Of a stretch of DNA of 64,000 nucleotides, positions 50,469 to 62,683 are shown one piece after another. Position 1 is the stretch's first letter. Each line of letters opens with the position of its first letter. The position numbers were made by a program, and so were the translations under genes. Location: positions 3,072,001-3,136,000 of the forward strand of contig OZ241362.1 in assembly GCA_965200315.1 (NCBI GenBank). The letters run 5' to 3'. The DNA is from Candidatus Latescibacterota bacterium. Its GTDB lineage: Bacteria; Latescibacterota; UBA2968; UBA8231. The notes beneath the pieces were generated by a model. The model was not told where the DNA came from and ran no database searches. It was given only the letters and a program-made list of their open reading frames with translations.

Positions 50469-51233
50469 ATGGATCGGTACGAGATGTTTAAGCGCAGCAA
50501 CATTACCTTTATCATCGTTCCAGAAAAGGGTCGCAAGACCTTTGAGTTCAAGACCTCCAGCGTACTCGTGTGGTTGCTGGGGTTGTGCGGCGTTGCTGTA
50601 CTCGTGCTCTCGCCCTTAGGACTTAGTTCCTATCTCGACAAGTACGCGCTAGTAGCGAAAATAGCACAGCTCGAGCAGGACAATGCCCTGCTCAAAGAGC
50701 AAGTCGGTCAGATAGATCGGCTCGAAGAAATGCTGGTCCGGCTCACGCGCGGCAATGATCAGTTGCACGCGGTCTTGGGCACACCCGAGGCACTAGACGC
50801 GGCGGCGTATCCCCGCGAGGAGGATCCTTATATCTCCTCCATGCAGCGGCTGCGTTGGGGCCACGTGCAGACCGTCCCCACCTTGTGGCCATTGCGCGGG
50901 TCTGTGATCCGGCCCTTTAGCGAGGAGCATCCCGCGGTTGTTATTGCCGCGGCTGCGGGCAGCTTGGTACAGGCCAGTGCTGAGGGTCAGGTGCTGCGAG
51001 TGGGCTACGACGAGGACCTCGGCTATGTGGTAACTCTCGACCACGGCAACGGTCTGCTGACCCAATACGGATACAACGCGCGCCTGCTCGTCAATGTGGG
51101 GAACTACGTGCTCAAGGGGCAGTCTATTGCGCTGTTGGATGGGGGACGCGAATCTCGGAGGCCGGGGTTGCACTATGCCGTCCAAGAAGATGGGCAGTTC
51201 CGCGACCCCTCGCGCTACAGATTGTGGATGTAA
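50469..51233 (+). CDS. M23/LytM-domain protein with TM helix and coiled coil, degenerate active site
   Basis: PTLWPLRGSV, DHGNGLLTQYGYN, LHYAV; Zn ligands substituted. Confidence 0.8.
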   Translation: MDRYEMFKRSNITFIIVPEKGRKTFEFKTSSVLVWLLGLCGVAVLVLSPLGLSSYLDKYALVAKIAQLEQDNALLKEQVGQIDRLEEMLVRLTRGNDQLHAVLGTPEALDAAAYPREEDPYISSMQRLRWGHVQTVPTLWPLRGSVIRPFSEEHPAVVIAAAAGSLVQASAEGQVLRVGYDEDLGYVVTLDHGNGLLTQYGYNARLLVNVGNYVLKGQSIALLDGGRESRRPGLHYAVQEDGQFRDPSRYRLWM

Positions 51234-51270
51234 AAAAGGCTCGCTGCCAAAGAAGCAGCGAGCCTTTTTT
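51232..51270. terminator. Bidirectional Rho-independent terminator
   Basis: AAAAAAGGCTCGCTGC-loop-GCAGCGAGCCTTTTTT between convergent genes. Confidence 0.9.
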
Positions 51271-51293
51271 GTTTGCGATGCGACAGAGAGATG

Positions 51294-52982
<1,689 letters not shown>

Positions 52983-52991
52983 TTATAAAGC

Positions 52992-53018
52992 TTGGCACTC
53001 ATAAAAAGAGAGTGCTAA
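52992..53018 (-). promoter_or_regulatory. CIRCE element (HrcA operator)
   Basis: Minus strand TTAGCACTC-N9-GAGTGCCAA upstream of groEL. Confidence 0.92.
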
Positions 53019-53147
53019 AAAACAAAGCTGAACTGTTAAATATAGAAAATTCGTCGTTTTTATGCAAGAATAACCCTTTGTCTGGGCTGTGCATTCCGAA
53101 TGTGCGCAGGGACAAGTTGCCGACTGTCGGGGTTCTACTCTGGAATG

Positions 53148-53951
53148 CTAATCAAGCAAGCTCTGAAGTTCGGGCGGCAAGCCTTGGCGCAATGAGGCGG
53201 GAAAGTTGTCGCGGTACTGGGTTCGACTCACTAGGTCTATTAGGCGGGCCGCTGAGGGGTGATAGAACGAGGTGAAATACACGTAGCGGGGCCGATCTGT
53301 CCGGTTGGGAGAACTGGCGTGGTAACACAGGGGATTGAAGACGATGAGGTCTCCATCGTTGGCGCAAATTTCAATGCCATCGTCGTCATTGGCGTCGGGG
53401 ACTGAGGAGGTGTGATTCTGGATGGGCCCCCGTCCTTCCGCTCGCTCTGCTTTATCGCTGGCTTCGAGAGACAACTTGTGAGAGCCGGGCACGATCATAA
53501 ACGCGGCTCCGCCGGTGGAAACTGTACTACAGCAATGCAGCATCTGGTAATAGACCTGTCGCGGCCTAGCTTCAAACTCTGCGCGGCAAAAGGCCGCGTC
53601 GATGTGCCATTGCGGAGCTTGGTATGGCGGTGGCGAGGGATCGCTGCGGATGAAAACTTGCTCGCGCATGCGAAGATCGCGTGCCCCAATCAATGTGGCA
53701 GCAAGTTCGAGCGTCGCCGGATTGTTCACTAAGCGGGGCATGAGCGCCCCTCGAATGGGATGCCGCAGGTCGTGTATGGCAGTACTGTGATCGCCGGACA
53801 CAATGGGACCGACGAGGCGGTCGATATGAGTGCGCACTGCGGCTGTAGTGTCGCGGTCGAGGTACTCGGGGAATACGCTGTACCCTTGGCTCTCTAGTTC
53901 CTGCAATCGGATGCTGAGACCAGTCAACTCGGGATAGACGTCGTTTCCCAT
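53148..53951 (-). CDS. PhyH-family dioxygenase
   Basis: PQWHIDA, VPGSHK, GDLIVFNPLCYHASSPNRTDRPR; likely start MGNDVYPE. Confidence 0.85.
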   Translation of the reverse strand: MGNDVYPELTGLSIRLQELESQGYSVFPEYLDRDTTAAVRTHIDRLVGPIVSGDHSTAIHDLRHPIRGALMPRLVNNPATLELAATLIGARDLRMREQVFIRSDPSPPPYQAPQWHIDAAFCRAEFEARPRQVYYQMLHCCSTVSTGGAAFMIVPGSHKLSLEASDKAERAEGRGPIQNHTSSVPDANDDDGIEICANDGDLIVFNPLCYHASSPNRTDRPRYVYFTSFYHPSAARLIDLVSRTQYRDNFPASLRQGLPPELQSLLD

Positions 53952-54330
53952 GGTCAGCTTCTCCATATCCCTTTTGAATATGTCGAATACCTCCTGTACA
54001 TTTTTACTCAATCCGTCAAGACTCGTTCGATTTGTTCAAATTCAGCTTCAACGCTTTTTCTAAGCTCATACAGCGGAAGTCCTTCTTGGCGGATTTGGCG
54101 GGTCAACTTTGAGTTTTGCGAAAGATCAATGAGGTCAACGGGCTTAGAGACACTGAAGATCAGTTCGCCGTAGAACCGAAAAAAGTCCTGTGGGGTAGGC
54201 CTGCTACGGCCAAGTCAATGTCGCGGCCTTCGCGGGTGGGGTCAATGCTAGAGTCAGAGAGGAGTAGGCGCGTGATTGGATAGTGCTCGGCGAGGCGCGT
54301 GATGGCTTCTCGGTCTTGATTCAGAATCAT
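53952..54330 (-). pseudogene. Degraded MNT-HEPN (nucleotidyltransferase / HepT-like) TA pair
   Basis: MILNQDREAITRL...GRDIDLAVAG (frameshift) FYGELIFSVSKPVDLIDL; then YELRKSVEAEFEQIERVLTD* adjacent to KNVQEVFDIFKRDMEKL. Confidence 0.6.
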
Positions 54331-54578
54331 TTGAGGGGTGAGTCTTTTTAGGCATTCCGCGATGGGGTACAAGGAGCGGTTCCTTTGCGAAAAAGGTACA
54401 AGGTACATTGTGAAAGGCGATTGGGGCAAGTGGTTTTACGCGGCCTCATAGGCATCTGGGCTGAGGCTCAGCACCGCCGATAGCTGCGGGTAAGTATCTC
54501 TGGACCAGCGGCGATATGGTGTGCCTGCGAGTCTAAGGTCTTTTTTAATTGTTGGGATCAGTCTAGGTATTACAGACG

Positions 54579-55256
54579 ATGAATAAAACGCACGTTTGCC
54601 GAGTCGGGCGGATCGATTTTGCTCGGGCTTGGGCTTGGCAAGAGTCGCTGCGTCAATTGCGGCGCGCCGAGCAAATTCCAGACACGTTGATGTTGGTCGA
54701 ACACCCGCCAACCTATACCGGCGGACGGGCGACGCTGCCCGAGCATCTCCTGACCCAAGGTCTGGATGTCGTCGAGATTGACCGCGGGGGCAGCGTGACA
54801 TTTCACGGGCCGGGCCAGATCGTGGCCTATCCGATTGTCGATCTGCGTCAGCGCGGTCGAGATGTACACCAGTACTTGCGCGATTTGGAGGACGTGCTGA
54901 TCCGCACGTTGGCTACCTATGGCTTGGAAGGAGAGGCGCGGTGCGGTTTGACCGGCGCTTGGGTCGGCTCGTCCAAGGTGGCGTCGATCGGCGTCAACGT
55001 GCGACACTGGATCACGACGCACGGTCTGGCCCTGAATGTGGCTACCGACTTGCGCTACTTTGCGGCGATCAAGCCCTGCGGCTTGGGCAGCGAGGAGATA
55101 ACTACGATGGCCGCGCTATTGGGGCGTGCGTTGGATCGGAGCGAGGTCGAGGCCGAACTGCTGAGTGCATACTCCAACGTATTCACCTGCGAGCTAGTTG
55201 AGGTCGAGCGCAGTGCCTTGGCGGCTTGCATTGGCCGTCTCGAGCGAAAGTCTTAG
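54579..55256 (+). CDS. lipB: Lipoyl(octanoyl) transferase
   Basis: [42 protein letters not shown]. Confidence 0.93.
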   Translation: MNKTHVCRVGRIDFARAWAWQESLRQLRRAEQIPDTLMLVEHPPTYTGGRATLPEHLLTQGLDVVEIDRGGSVTFHGPGQIVAYPIVDLRQRGRDVHQYLRDLEDVLIRTLATYGLEGEARCGLTGAWVGSSKVASIGVNVRHWITTHGLALNVATDLRYFAAIKPCGLGSEEITTMAALLGRALDRSEVEAELLSAYSNVFTCELVEVERSALAACIGRLERKS

Positions 55257-55344
55257 ATTCAAAAGCTGCGACAGACAGGCCCCAAACACCGCAGTCGAAC
55301 CGGGCCGATTATTCCACAAAACAAAAGACGAGGAGTTTTGCACT

Positions 55345-56598
55345 ATGGCCGATTGGCAGCCCAAGGCCCCCGCAAACGGCGAAAAAATAACCGTAGTGGA
55401 TGGCGCGCTCAGCGTTCCAGACCAGCCCATCATTCCTTTCATCGAAGGCGACGGCACCGGACCGGATATCTGGGCGGCAGCCGTGCGCGTCTTTGACGCA
55501 GCCGTCGAGAAGGCGTATGGCGGTCAGCGGAAGATCGCTTGGATGGAGGTTTTGGCCGGAGAGAAGTCCTTTGAGCAGACCGCTAGCTGGTTGCCCGACC
55601 CCACAGTGGAGGCCTTCGGTACCTATCTGGTAGGCATCAAAGGCCCGCTGACGACGCCCGTTGGCGGTGGAATCCGCAGCCTCAACGTGGCTTTGCGCCA
55701 GATCCTTGACCTCTATGTGTGTTTGCGTCCCGTGCGCTACTTCAGCGGTGTGCCCTCGCCGGTGCGGCAACCCGAACTGGTGGATATGGTCATCTTCCGC
55801 GAAAACACCGAGGACATCTACGCCGGGATCGAGTTCGAGCAAGGCACGGACGACAACGTGCGCTTTAAGGACCTGCTCGCAGAGCACTTTGCCGACCGCT
55901 ACAGCAAAATTCGCTTTCCAGATACCGCTGGCTTGGGAGTCAAGCCGGTCTCACAAGAGGGCACCGAGCGGCTGGTTCGCGCCGCCATTGACTACGCAGC
56001 CGCCCACGGCCGCGATAGCGTGACCTTGGTCCACAAAGGCAACATCATGAAGTTCACCGAAGGGGCCTTCCGCGACTGGGGCTACGAGGTGGCGCAAAAG
56101 GCTTATGGCGGCGAAGAAATCGACGGCGGCCCTTGGACTAGCATCGTCGTTGACGGCACCGAGATTACCGTCAAGGACGCGATCGCCGATGCCTTTTTAC
56201 AGCAGATCCTCACGCGCCCGGCCGAGTACTCGGTCATCGCCACGATGAACCTCAACGGCGATTACATCAGCGACGCACTGGCCGCTTGCGTCGGCGGCAT
56301 CGGCATCGCGCCAGGCGGCAACATCAACTACACCACGGGCCACGCTATCTTTGAGGCCACCCACGGCACCGCGCCCAAATACGCCGGCCAAGACAAGGTC
56401 AACCCTGGTTCGGTGATCCTGTCGGGCGACATGATGCTCCGCCACTTGGGCTGGAACGAGGCCGCCGCCCTGATCGTCAAGGGGCTGGAGCAGACGATCG
56501 CGAGCCGGGTCGTCACCTACGACTTTGCGCGGCTGATGGACGAGCCGACCGAGGTCAAGTGCTCGGAGTTCGGCACGGCAATTATCGAGAATATGTAG
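55345..56598 (+). CDS. icd: NADP-dependent isocitrate dehydrogenase
   Basis: [46 protein letters not shown]. Confidence 0.97.
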   Translation: MADWQPKAPANGEKITVVDGALSVPDQPIIPFIEGDGTGPDIWAAAVRVFDAAVEKAYGGQRKIAWMEVLAGEKSFEQTASWLPDPTVEAFGTYLVGIKGPLTTPVGGGIRSLNVALRQILDLYVCLRPVRYFSGVPSPVRQPELVDMVIFRENTEDIYAGIEFEQGTDDNVRFKDLLAEHFADRYSKIRFPDTAGLGVKPVSQEGTERLVRAAIDYAAAHGRDSVTLVHKGNIMKFTEGAFRDWGYEVAQKAYGGEEIDGGPWTSIVVDGTEITVKDAIADAFLQQILTRPAEYSVIATMNLNGDYISDALAACVGGIGIAPGGNINYTTGHAIFEATHGTAPKYAGQDKVNPGSVILSGDMMLRHLGWNEAAALIVKGLEQTIASRVVTYDFARLMDEPTEVKCSEFGTAIIENM

Positions 56599-57077
56599 TG
56601 GCCGCCGAGCTGACTCACCTCGACGAGCAGGGCTGCCTAAAGATGGTCGATATAGGCGGCAAGGAGCCGACGGCGCGGCTGGCGCGGGTGTGCGGCGAGA
56701 TCCGCATGGCTCGTGCGACGGCGCAGCTAATCGCCGAGAATAAAGTCGCCAAGGGCAACGTTTTGGAAGCGGCGCGGCTGGCCGGGATCATGGCCGCCAA
56801 GCGCACGGGCGAGTTAATCCCCTTGTGCCACCCGCTCAACCTCACGGCGGTCAGCATAGATTTGCACGTCGGCGAAGATCGGGTCGAAGCCGAGGCCGAG
56901 GCCAAAATTGACGACCGCACGGGTGTGGAGATGGAGGCCTTAGTGGCGGCGAGCACGGCGCTTTTGACGATCTACGACATGTGCAAGAGCGTCGATCGCG
57001 GGATGGTGATTTCCGAGTTGCGGCTAATGGAGAAGCAGGGAGGGCGGAGTGGGACGTGGGTGCGGGAAGAGGGATAA
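56598..57077 (+). CDS. moaC: Cyclic pyranopterin monophosphate synthase
   Basis: LTHLD..MVDI, LIPLCHP, TGVEMEAL, IYDMCK. Confidence 0.95.
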   Translation: MAAELTHLDEQGCLKMVDIGGKEPTARLARVCGEIRMARATAQLIAENKVAKGNVLEAARLAGIMAAKRTGELIPLCHPLNLTAVSIDLHVGEDRVEAEAEAKIDDRTGVEMEALVAASTALLTIYDMCKSVDRGMVISELRLMEKQGGRSGTWVREEG

Positions 57078-57108
57078 GACGGGCGCAATCACCGCGACAT
57101 TGCTCGAC

Positions 57109-58232
57109 TTAATAAGCCACGTGGACTGGAAAGAGCGTCTCTTCGGTTCCCGGTCCGCTGCGATCTTAATCCGGCACAGGTAGATGCCCGGCGGCACCAA
57201 TTGCCCGTGCTCGTCGCGGCCATCCCAAGCGAAATTCCACTGACCGGCCCGCCCTAAGTTGCTTCCGGTGCGTCCGCGCAACGCCCCCGCCAAATCGTAG
57301 AAGGCGATGTCCAGCCGCCGATCTGCCAACATCCGCAACAGCACGAAACGGCCCTCGAGCAAGTCGTTGGCCCCGTCGCCGTTAGGGGTAAAAACGCGGG
57401 CTACCTGCACGTCGTTTATCAACCGGCGGCCGGCTGCTTGCAACGAGACGTGCGCCGTGCCACTGGCGACTAGCTCAGTGGCATCCTGCGCTTCCGCATC
57501 GACGCGCTGGAAAAAGCCCGTAGGATCCGTCGAAGAGCGGGCAAAGGCCGGGAAGAGGACCCCCTCGCGGAAGATCCGGTTGACGCCGCCGCCCGCCCCG
57601 GACTTGAAATAGTCGCCCGAGATGGGATCGGCCCGCTCGACACGTGGGCCAAATTCGCTGGGGATTTCCAAAAAGGGGTTGACCTACTTGCCGTCCGGCC
57701 CTACGCCGCCGAATTCCCCTTGCAGGTAGCGCTCGTTGAGCAGGATGGCTAGGTTGCGGCGCTCGTTGAGTTCGATAGGTCGCAGCCAAGTCGAGACCCC
57801 GCCGGTGTCGCGGAGCCGCCGCCCGTCCTCGTCGATGAGTCCATCGCCGTCGTCAGTGCCATTGTATGGGGCTTCGTTGGTGCGGCCGTCGTAATCGTCG
57901 TCCCCGTCGGTCATCAGCCCGTCTTCATTGAGCTTCCCGTCGCCGTCTGAGTCAAACTGTGGATCAGGCCCGTCCTCGTCGATGCGCCCGTCCAAGTCGC
58001 TGTCGAATGCCTCTATGGGGTCTTCGTCGATGAGTCCGTCGCCGTCGTCATCGGTCAGAATCTCGACGGCCCAGCCGCGTCCCCAAGTCAGGCGGCCAGA
58101 GACTGGGACGAGGTTCCAAGGATGGTCTTGGTCGCCCACTCGCCAACTCTTGATCTCAGCCGGGGTTTGGAAGGGAAAAAGCAGCAGCAGGAAGAGGACG
58201 AGCTTTGGACGCCACTCGCCGAGTGCTAGCAT
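57109..58232 (-). pseudogene. Decayed secreted FlgD-Ig/TPNGDG protein with Asp-rich DxDGDGxIDED repeats
   Basis: Signal peptide, DDDGDGLIDED repeats, in-frame TAG at 57684-57686, internal jump to FTPNGDGAND, frameshift before GTEETLFPVHVAY*. Confidence 0.75.
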
Positions 58233-58314
58233 AGCTAAGCCCGCTAGGAAAATGCGATAGTAAGCACCGTCTATGACAAAACCCGATGCAAGACAAAGGC
58301 TTGTCCTAATTATA

Positions 58315-58357
58315 AACGGACGGTACGCACTCTGGCAATTAGTGCGTACCGTCCGTT
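58315..58357 (-). terminator. 17-bp hairpin downstream of argF
   Basis: AACGGACGGTACGCACT / AGTGCGTACCGTCCGTT. Confidence 0.75.
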
Positions 58358-58398
58358 GTACAAATGCCAATGTCAGAGGGAATGAGTGCTAGCATATC

Positions 58399-59337
58399 TC
58401 AGGCTAAGGCATTCGCCAACTTGAGCAACACGGCCTTCTGGCTGTGGAGGCGGTTTTCGGCTTGGGTGAAGATCAGCGAACGCTCGTCGTGCAAGAGCGC
58501 CCCTTCGATCTCATAGCCGTGATGGGCGGGAAGGCAGTGCAGGATTTTCAGGTCTAGATCGGCGAGCAATCCGCGGTTGAGCTGATAGGGCTGAAAGGTC
58601 TGGACCCGACGTTCCTTTTCGCGGGCGAACTTGGGATCAGTGAAAAACTCCATGTCGATCCAAGTGTCGGTGTACACGGCGTCAGACTTTGCCAGCGCCG
58701 GATGCAGGTCCTCCGTATGTTCGTAGAGCCCCAAGCGCTTGGCTTTGGCGTAGAGTTCGTCATCGCGTGCGGCAGCGTTGATTTCGGGACAGACGCAAGT
58801 GATGTGCAGGCCCACTTTGACGCCAGCGGCAATGAGCGAGTTGGCGACGTTGTTGAGCACCCCGACGTATGTCAGCCGCACCCCTTTGAGCCGCCCAAAA
58901 GCCTCCTGTAGGGTCATCAAGTCGGTCAATGCCTGTAAGGGATGGTAGCGGTTGCAGCAGCCGTTTATCAGCGGCACTTGCGAGGCGGCAGCAGCGCGGT
59001 TCACATCGGCGTGTTCGAGCAGGCGGGCGACGATGAAGTCGGAGTAGCCGGAGAGTACTCGGAATTCGTCGCCTAAGTCGGCTAGGCCGAAGTTAGTGTC
59101 CTGCCAGTTCAAGTAGAGGGCATGGCCGCCTAGCTGGGCGGTGCCGATCTCACCGGCGCAACGGGTTCGGGTCGAAGTCTTCTGGAAAAGCAGAACCACC
59201 GTGCGCCCAGAAAGAGCGTCGGCGTAGTGCTGCGGGGCGGTCTTGACGGCGAGGCCGAGATCGACAGCTTGCTGCACGTCGGCTGGAGACCAGTCCTTTA
59301 AGGTAATTAAATGCAATGGAACGCCTTCCTTTTTCAT
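58399..59337 (-). CDS. argF: Ornithine carbamoyltransferase
   Basis: STRTR, HPLQALTD, YTDTW, HCLPA, QAENRLH. Confidence 0.9.
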   Translation of the reverse strand: MKKEGVPLHLITLKDWSPADVQQAVDLGLAVKTAPQHYADALSGRTVVLLFQKTSTRTRCAGEIGTAQLGGHALYLNWQDTNFGLADLGDEFRVLSGYSDFIVARLLEHADVNRAAAASQVPLINGCCNRYHPLQALTDLMTLQEAFGRLKGVRLTYVGVLNNVANSLIAAGVKVGLHITCVCPEINAAARDDELYAKAKRLGLYEHTEDLHPALAKSDAVYTDTWIDMEFFTDPKFAREKERRVQTFQPYQLNRGLLADLDLKILHCLPAHHGYEIEGALLHDERSLIFTQAENRLHSQKAVLLKLANALA

Positions 59338-59392
59338 TTTTTGGCGAAATAAAGCAATATAATAAATAAAAATTTATAATCAAGAATAATTA

Positions 59393-60343
59393 TTATTTCA
59401 AATAGCGGCCAATTTCGACCAATACGTTCTCAATAATATCTTCAGGCACACCCGTTAGCTCCAGTCCGGCGGCGCGGGCGTGGCCGCCGCCGCCAAAAGA
59501 GCTAGCGACTTGGCTGACATCGACCTTGTCGCGGGAGCGCAGGCTGACTCGGTAGCATCCGGGAGCGCGTTCCTTGAGCAGCACGGCCACTTCGACGCCT
59601 CGTATCATCATACCGTAGTTGACTGCTTCGTCCGGCTCGCCCGTGCTCATGGCCTCACAGTCGAGATGGAGCACCGCCACTCGGCCCCCGAGGCGCAACA
59701 CCAAGCTCTCAATGGCTCGGCCGCGCTGTTTGACCGAGCCGAGGCTCTTGTTGCCGAAAACGCCCTCGGCGATGGCATCAAGACGCGCACCGCGTCTCAC
59801 TAGATCGGCTGCCACTTCAAAGGTGGTGGCCGTCGTCAGCGAGAAGCGAAAGCCGCCAGTATCGAAGAGCATCCCCGCATAGAGCTGGGCGGCCGCGACG
59901 GCATTGACCTCATAGCCTAGGCCGATGGCGAGATGGTAGAGGAGTTCGCAGGTAGAGCTGATCTCCTCCACGATATTCACTGCGCCGAAGCACTCGTTGC
60001 CTCGGTGGTGGTCGATGTTGAGGAGGGGGATTTCGGGGCTGAGACACGGCCGCACCGGGCCGATGCGGTCGAGAGCGGGACAGTCGGCGATAATGGCGCA
60101 GCGATAGCGGGTCAAGTCGAGGTCGGCGAAGTGGCGCACGTCGTCCCAGCCGGCGAGAAAGGAGCATTGGCCGGCCGGTGGCTCGGGCAGGCCGATGTCA
60201 GCGCGTTTGCCGAGGCCCCTCAGCAGGTGGGCCCAAGCCATGCAGGCCCCTAACCCGTCGGCGTCGCTATTGACGTGGGTCGTCAGCAGGAAGTCGTCTG
60301 CTGCCTCGATGAATGTGCGCGTTGCTGTTAGCTGCAGGTCCAA
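59393..60343 (-). CDS. nrnA: DHH/DHHA1 bifunctional oligoribonuclease / PAP phosphatase
   Basis: HVNSDADG, NIDHH, DTGGF, SLRS, GGGGHARAAG. Confidence 0.9.
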   Translation of the reverse strand: MDLQLTATRTFIEAADDFLLTTHVNSDADGLGACMAWAHLLRGLGKRADIGLPEPPAGQCSFLAGWDDVRHFADLDLTRYRCAIIADCPALDRIGPVRPCLSPEIPLLNIDHHRGNECFGAVNIVEEISSTCELLYHLAIGLGYEVNAVAAAQLYAGMLFDTGGFRFSLTTATTFEVAADLVRRGARLDAIAEGVFGNKSLGSVKQRGRAIESLVLRLGGRVAVLHLDCEAMSTGEPDEAVNYGMMIRGVEVAVLLKERAPGCYRVSLRSRDKVDVSQVASSFGGGGHARAAGLELTGVPEDIIENVLVEIGRYLK

Positions 60344-60345
60344 AG

Positions 60346-61104
60346 TTATTTCTCCGCTGGCGGTGCGCGGAGGACGAAGTGAACGCGGTCCGATTCCTCA
60401 GTCTCCGCGTCAAATGTGAAACCGTCGAAGAGCGCGAGCAACTCCCAGGTACTCGCCTCGACGCGGGCGGCGATGGCGGCGACCGGATAGATGCGCTGGA
60501 CATGGGTTTCCTCCAACGCGACATCGCTTCCGTCGCGGCGGATGCGGAAGTGATTGCTCTGTAGGCGCCGGTCTGTATCGTAGGTGCTGTGCCGCTCGTA
60601 GGAAAAACCCGACCCGCGCTCGCTGTGGCGCATGTTGCGGAAATAGCGCAGCGAATTGCGCTCGGTGCAGATGTCAAAGACGAAAAGCCCACCCGGCTGC
60701 ACAATGCCCTGTGCGCCGCGCAGGGCCGCGTCGATGTCGGCTGGTGAGAGCAGATAGTTGATGCTGTCGTACAGGCAAGTGGCCGCGTCAAAAGGCCCTA
60801 GGCCCGCTAGCTGGCGCAGGTCTTGCTGGACGAATTCGACGCCGGTGCCAGCGGCCTTCTCGCGTGCGACCTGTAGCATGGCCTCGGAGCGGTCTACGCC
60901 CGTTACCTCATAGCCGAGGTGGTGGAGCGCAAAAGACACATTGCCGGTGCCGCAGGCCAAGTCCACGACGCGGGTGACGGCGGGAGCAAAGCGGGCGAAA
61001 AGCGCATGGATGTAAGCGGCCCATTCGCCGTAATCGACGTGGGCCATTACATAGTCGTAAATGGGGGCTAGCCCTTGATAGGGCGATTGCGCGGTGCTAC
61101 CCAC
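60346..61104 (-). CDS. Class I SAM-dependent methyltransferase
   Basis: VVDLACGTG, GVDRSEAML, DSINYL. Confidence 0.9.
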   Translation of the reverse strand: MGSTAQSPYQGLAPIYDYVMAHVDYGEWAAYIHALFARFAPAVTRVVDLACGTGNVSFALHHLGYEVTGVDRSEAMLQVAREKAAGTGVEFVQQDLRQLAGLGPFDAATCLYDSINYLLSPADIDAALRGAQGIVQPGGLFVFDICTERNSLRYFRNMRHSERGSGFSYERHSTYDTDRRLQSNHFRIRRDGSDVALEETHVQRIYPVAAIAARVEASTWELLALFDGFTFDAETEESDRVHFVLRAPPAEK

Positions 61105-61114
61105 AGCTCACATC

Positions 61115-61396
61115 CTAAAAGCTCAAGTCTTCGTACGGGTCGCGATATTCCTCGCGGAGAATCCGATAAAAGCGGCGGCGGTCCCGACGGGCGGGTGGGC
61201 GCTCCGGGATGCCGAGTACCTTGATGTCGAGCAGGCGAGTGGGGGTCGCAATGTGTATCTGCTCGCCCACGACCACGGTGTGTGAAGCTTTGGCCTGCTG
61301 GCCGCCGATCTGGACTCGCCCGGCGTCGCAGGCCCGCTTGGCTTCACTGCGCTGCTTGATCAGCCCCGTGTTCTTCAGAAAGATATCCAGTCGCAT
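61115..61396 (-). CDS. S4 RNA-binding domain protein (Hsp15/YabO-like)
   Basis: MRLDIFLK..LIKQRSEAKRACDAGRV. Confidence 0.88.
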   Translation of the reverse strand: MRLDIFLKNTGLIKQRSEAKRACDAGRVQIGGQQAKASHTVVVGEQIHIATPTRLLDIKVLGIPERPPARRDRRRFYRILREEYRDPYEDLSF

Positions 61397-62681
61397 TCTG
61401 TACTGGTCGGCGCAAGTTTTCCTCGTCGAGCCGAACCTCGACGTGGATTTGCTGCCGGTGTTCGTCGATTAATTGGCGCACGGCTTTTGCGGTGCGGCTT
61501 TCGCGGATCAGACCCTCGATTACGGCTTGGTCATCGTCAATTTTGATGATATGGCCGCCATCGTCAAAAAAGAAGGGTTCGCTGATGTCGCCCAGCTTGA
61601 GGTTGCGGAGGTAAGGCTGGAGGAATTCGGGGATCTGGTCTTTAGGGAAGGTGCCCCAGAGACCGCCCTGCATGGCCGTCTGCGGATTGGCCGAATACTG
61701 GCGGGCGAGTTGGGAAAACTCCTCGCCGTTCTGGGCGCGGTGGCGCAAATTTTCTAGCGTTTCCCGCGCTCGCTCTTGGTCGTTTTCCGAGGTTTGAGCC
61801 AAGACGAGGATGTGGCTGGCGCAGATGGAGTCTTCGCGCTTTTCGCGCACCTGTATCAAGTGGTAGCCGTACGGACTCAAGACCGGCTCGCTAGTCTGAC
61901 CTGGTTTGAGGGCAAAGGCCACTTCCTCAAACTCGGGCACCAAAGTCCCCGGCGAGAAACAGCCCAGGTCGCCACCAAGAGAAGCACTACCGGGATCTTC
62001 CGAGTGGGTGCGGGCTATGGTAGAGAAATCGCCGCCAGCGTCTAGCAGGGCTTGGATTTCTTCGACCTGCGCTCGCTTTTCTTTTAGCACTTCATCGCTG
62101 GGCAGGACCTCGGTCAGAATGTGGCTGAGTGAGATTTGGGCAGGCAAGGTGTCTTGGTGGGCGATGAGGAACTTTTCTACGTCGCGGTGGCTGACATGTA
62201 CCCGGTACGAGACAAAGGTGCGCATCTGGCGCGAGAGTAGGCGATGGCGAATTTCCTTGCGGTAGCGGGCCTTGAGCTGGCGCTCGCTTAAGCCCACGCG
62301 CTCTAGCATCTGCGCGAATTCTCCGTCGCTCATGCTGCTCTTGGCCATCTGGAACTGCTGGCCGAGCATTTCCTCGACTTCTGAGGGGTCGATCTGAATG
62401 CTGTCCTGTTGGGCCTTGAGAACCAGTACTTGCTCGTCGATCATGGCGTCGAGGATCTCGCGGCGGAGCGCCGTGATTTGCTCGGATTCGGCAAAGATTG
62501 ACAGCCCGCGCTGCTCGGCCTCAAAGCGCAGTCGGTAGTTGAGTTCGGACCAAAGGATTGTGTGATTGTCAACGGTGGCGACGATGCGGTCGATGAGTTC
62601 GGGCGAGGCCCCTGCTCGCGGCGCGATACACAGCGCGAGACAGAGCACTAACAACAGGCGATTTGGCGAATGGAGTAGCAT
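61344..62681 (-). CDS. surA: SurA-like chaperone / parvulin PPIase
   Basis: LIDRIVATVD, two parvulin domains (SHIL, HSEDPGS..GGDLG, YGYHLI). Confidence 0.85.
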   Translation of the reverse strand: MLLHSPNRLLLVLCLALCIAPRAGASPELIDRIVATVDNHTILWSELNYRLRFEAEQRGLSIFAESEQITALRREILDAMIDEQVLVLKAQQDSIQIDPSEVEEMLGQQFQMAKSSMSDGEFAQMLERVGLSERQLKARYRKEIRHRLLSRQMRTFVSYRVHVSHRDVEKFLIAHQDTLPAQISLSHILTEVLPSDEVLKEKRAQVEEIQALLDAGGDFSTIARTHSEDPGSASLGGDLGCFSPGTLVPEFEEVAFALKPGQTSEPVLSPYGYHLIQVREKREDSICASHILVLAQTSENDQERARETLENLRHRAQNGEEFSQLARQYSANPQTAMQGGLWGTFPKDQIPEFLQPYLRNLKLGDISEPFFFDDGGHIIKIDDDQAVIEGLIRESRTAKAVRQLIDEHRQQIHVEVRLDEENLRRPVQNATGYLSEEHGADQAAQ

Positions 62682-62683
62682 AA

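Noticed and set aside
54436-54540. Possible beta-propeller gene tail (PPIAAGKYLWTSGDMVCLRV*)
   Set aside because: Too short to support a family call without a search.
57684-57686. In-frame TAG as pyrrolysine or readthrough recoding
   Set aside because: The same gene has a deletion and a frameshift, and TAG is a normal stop elsewhere (icd, hemF).
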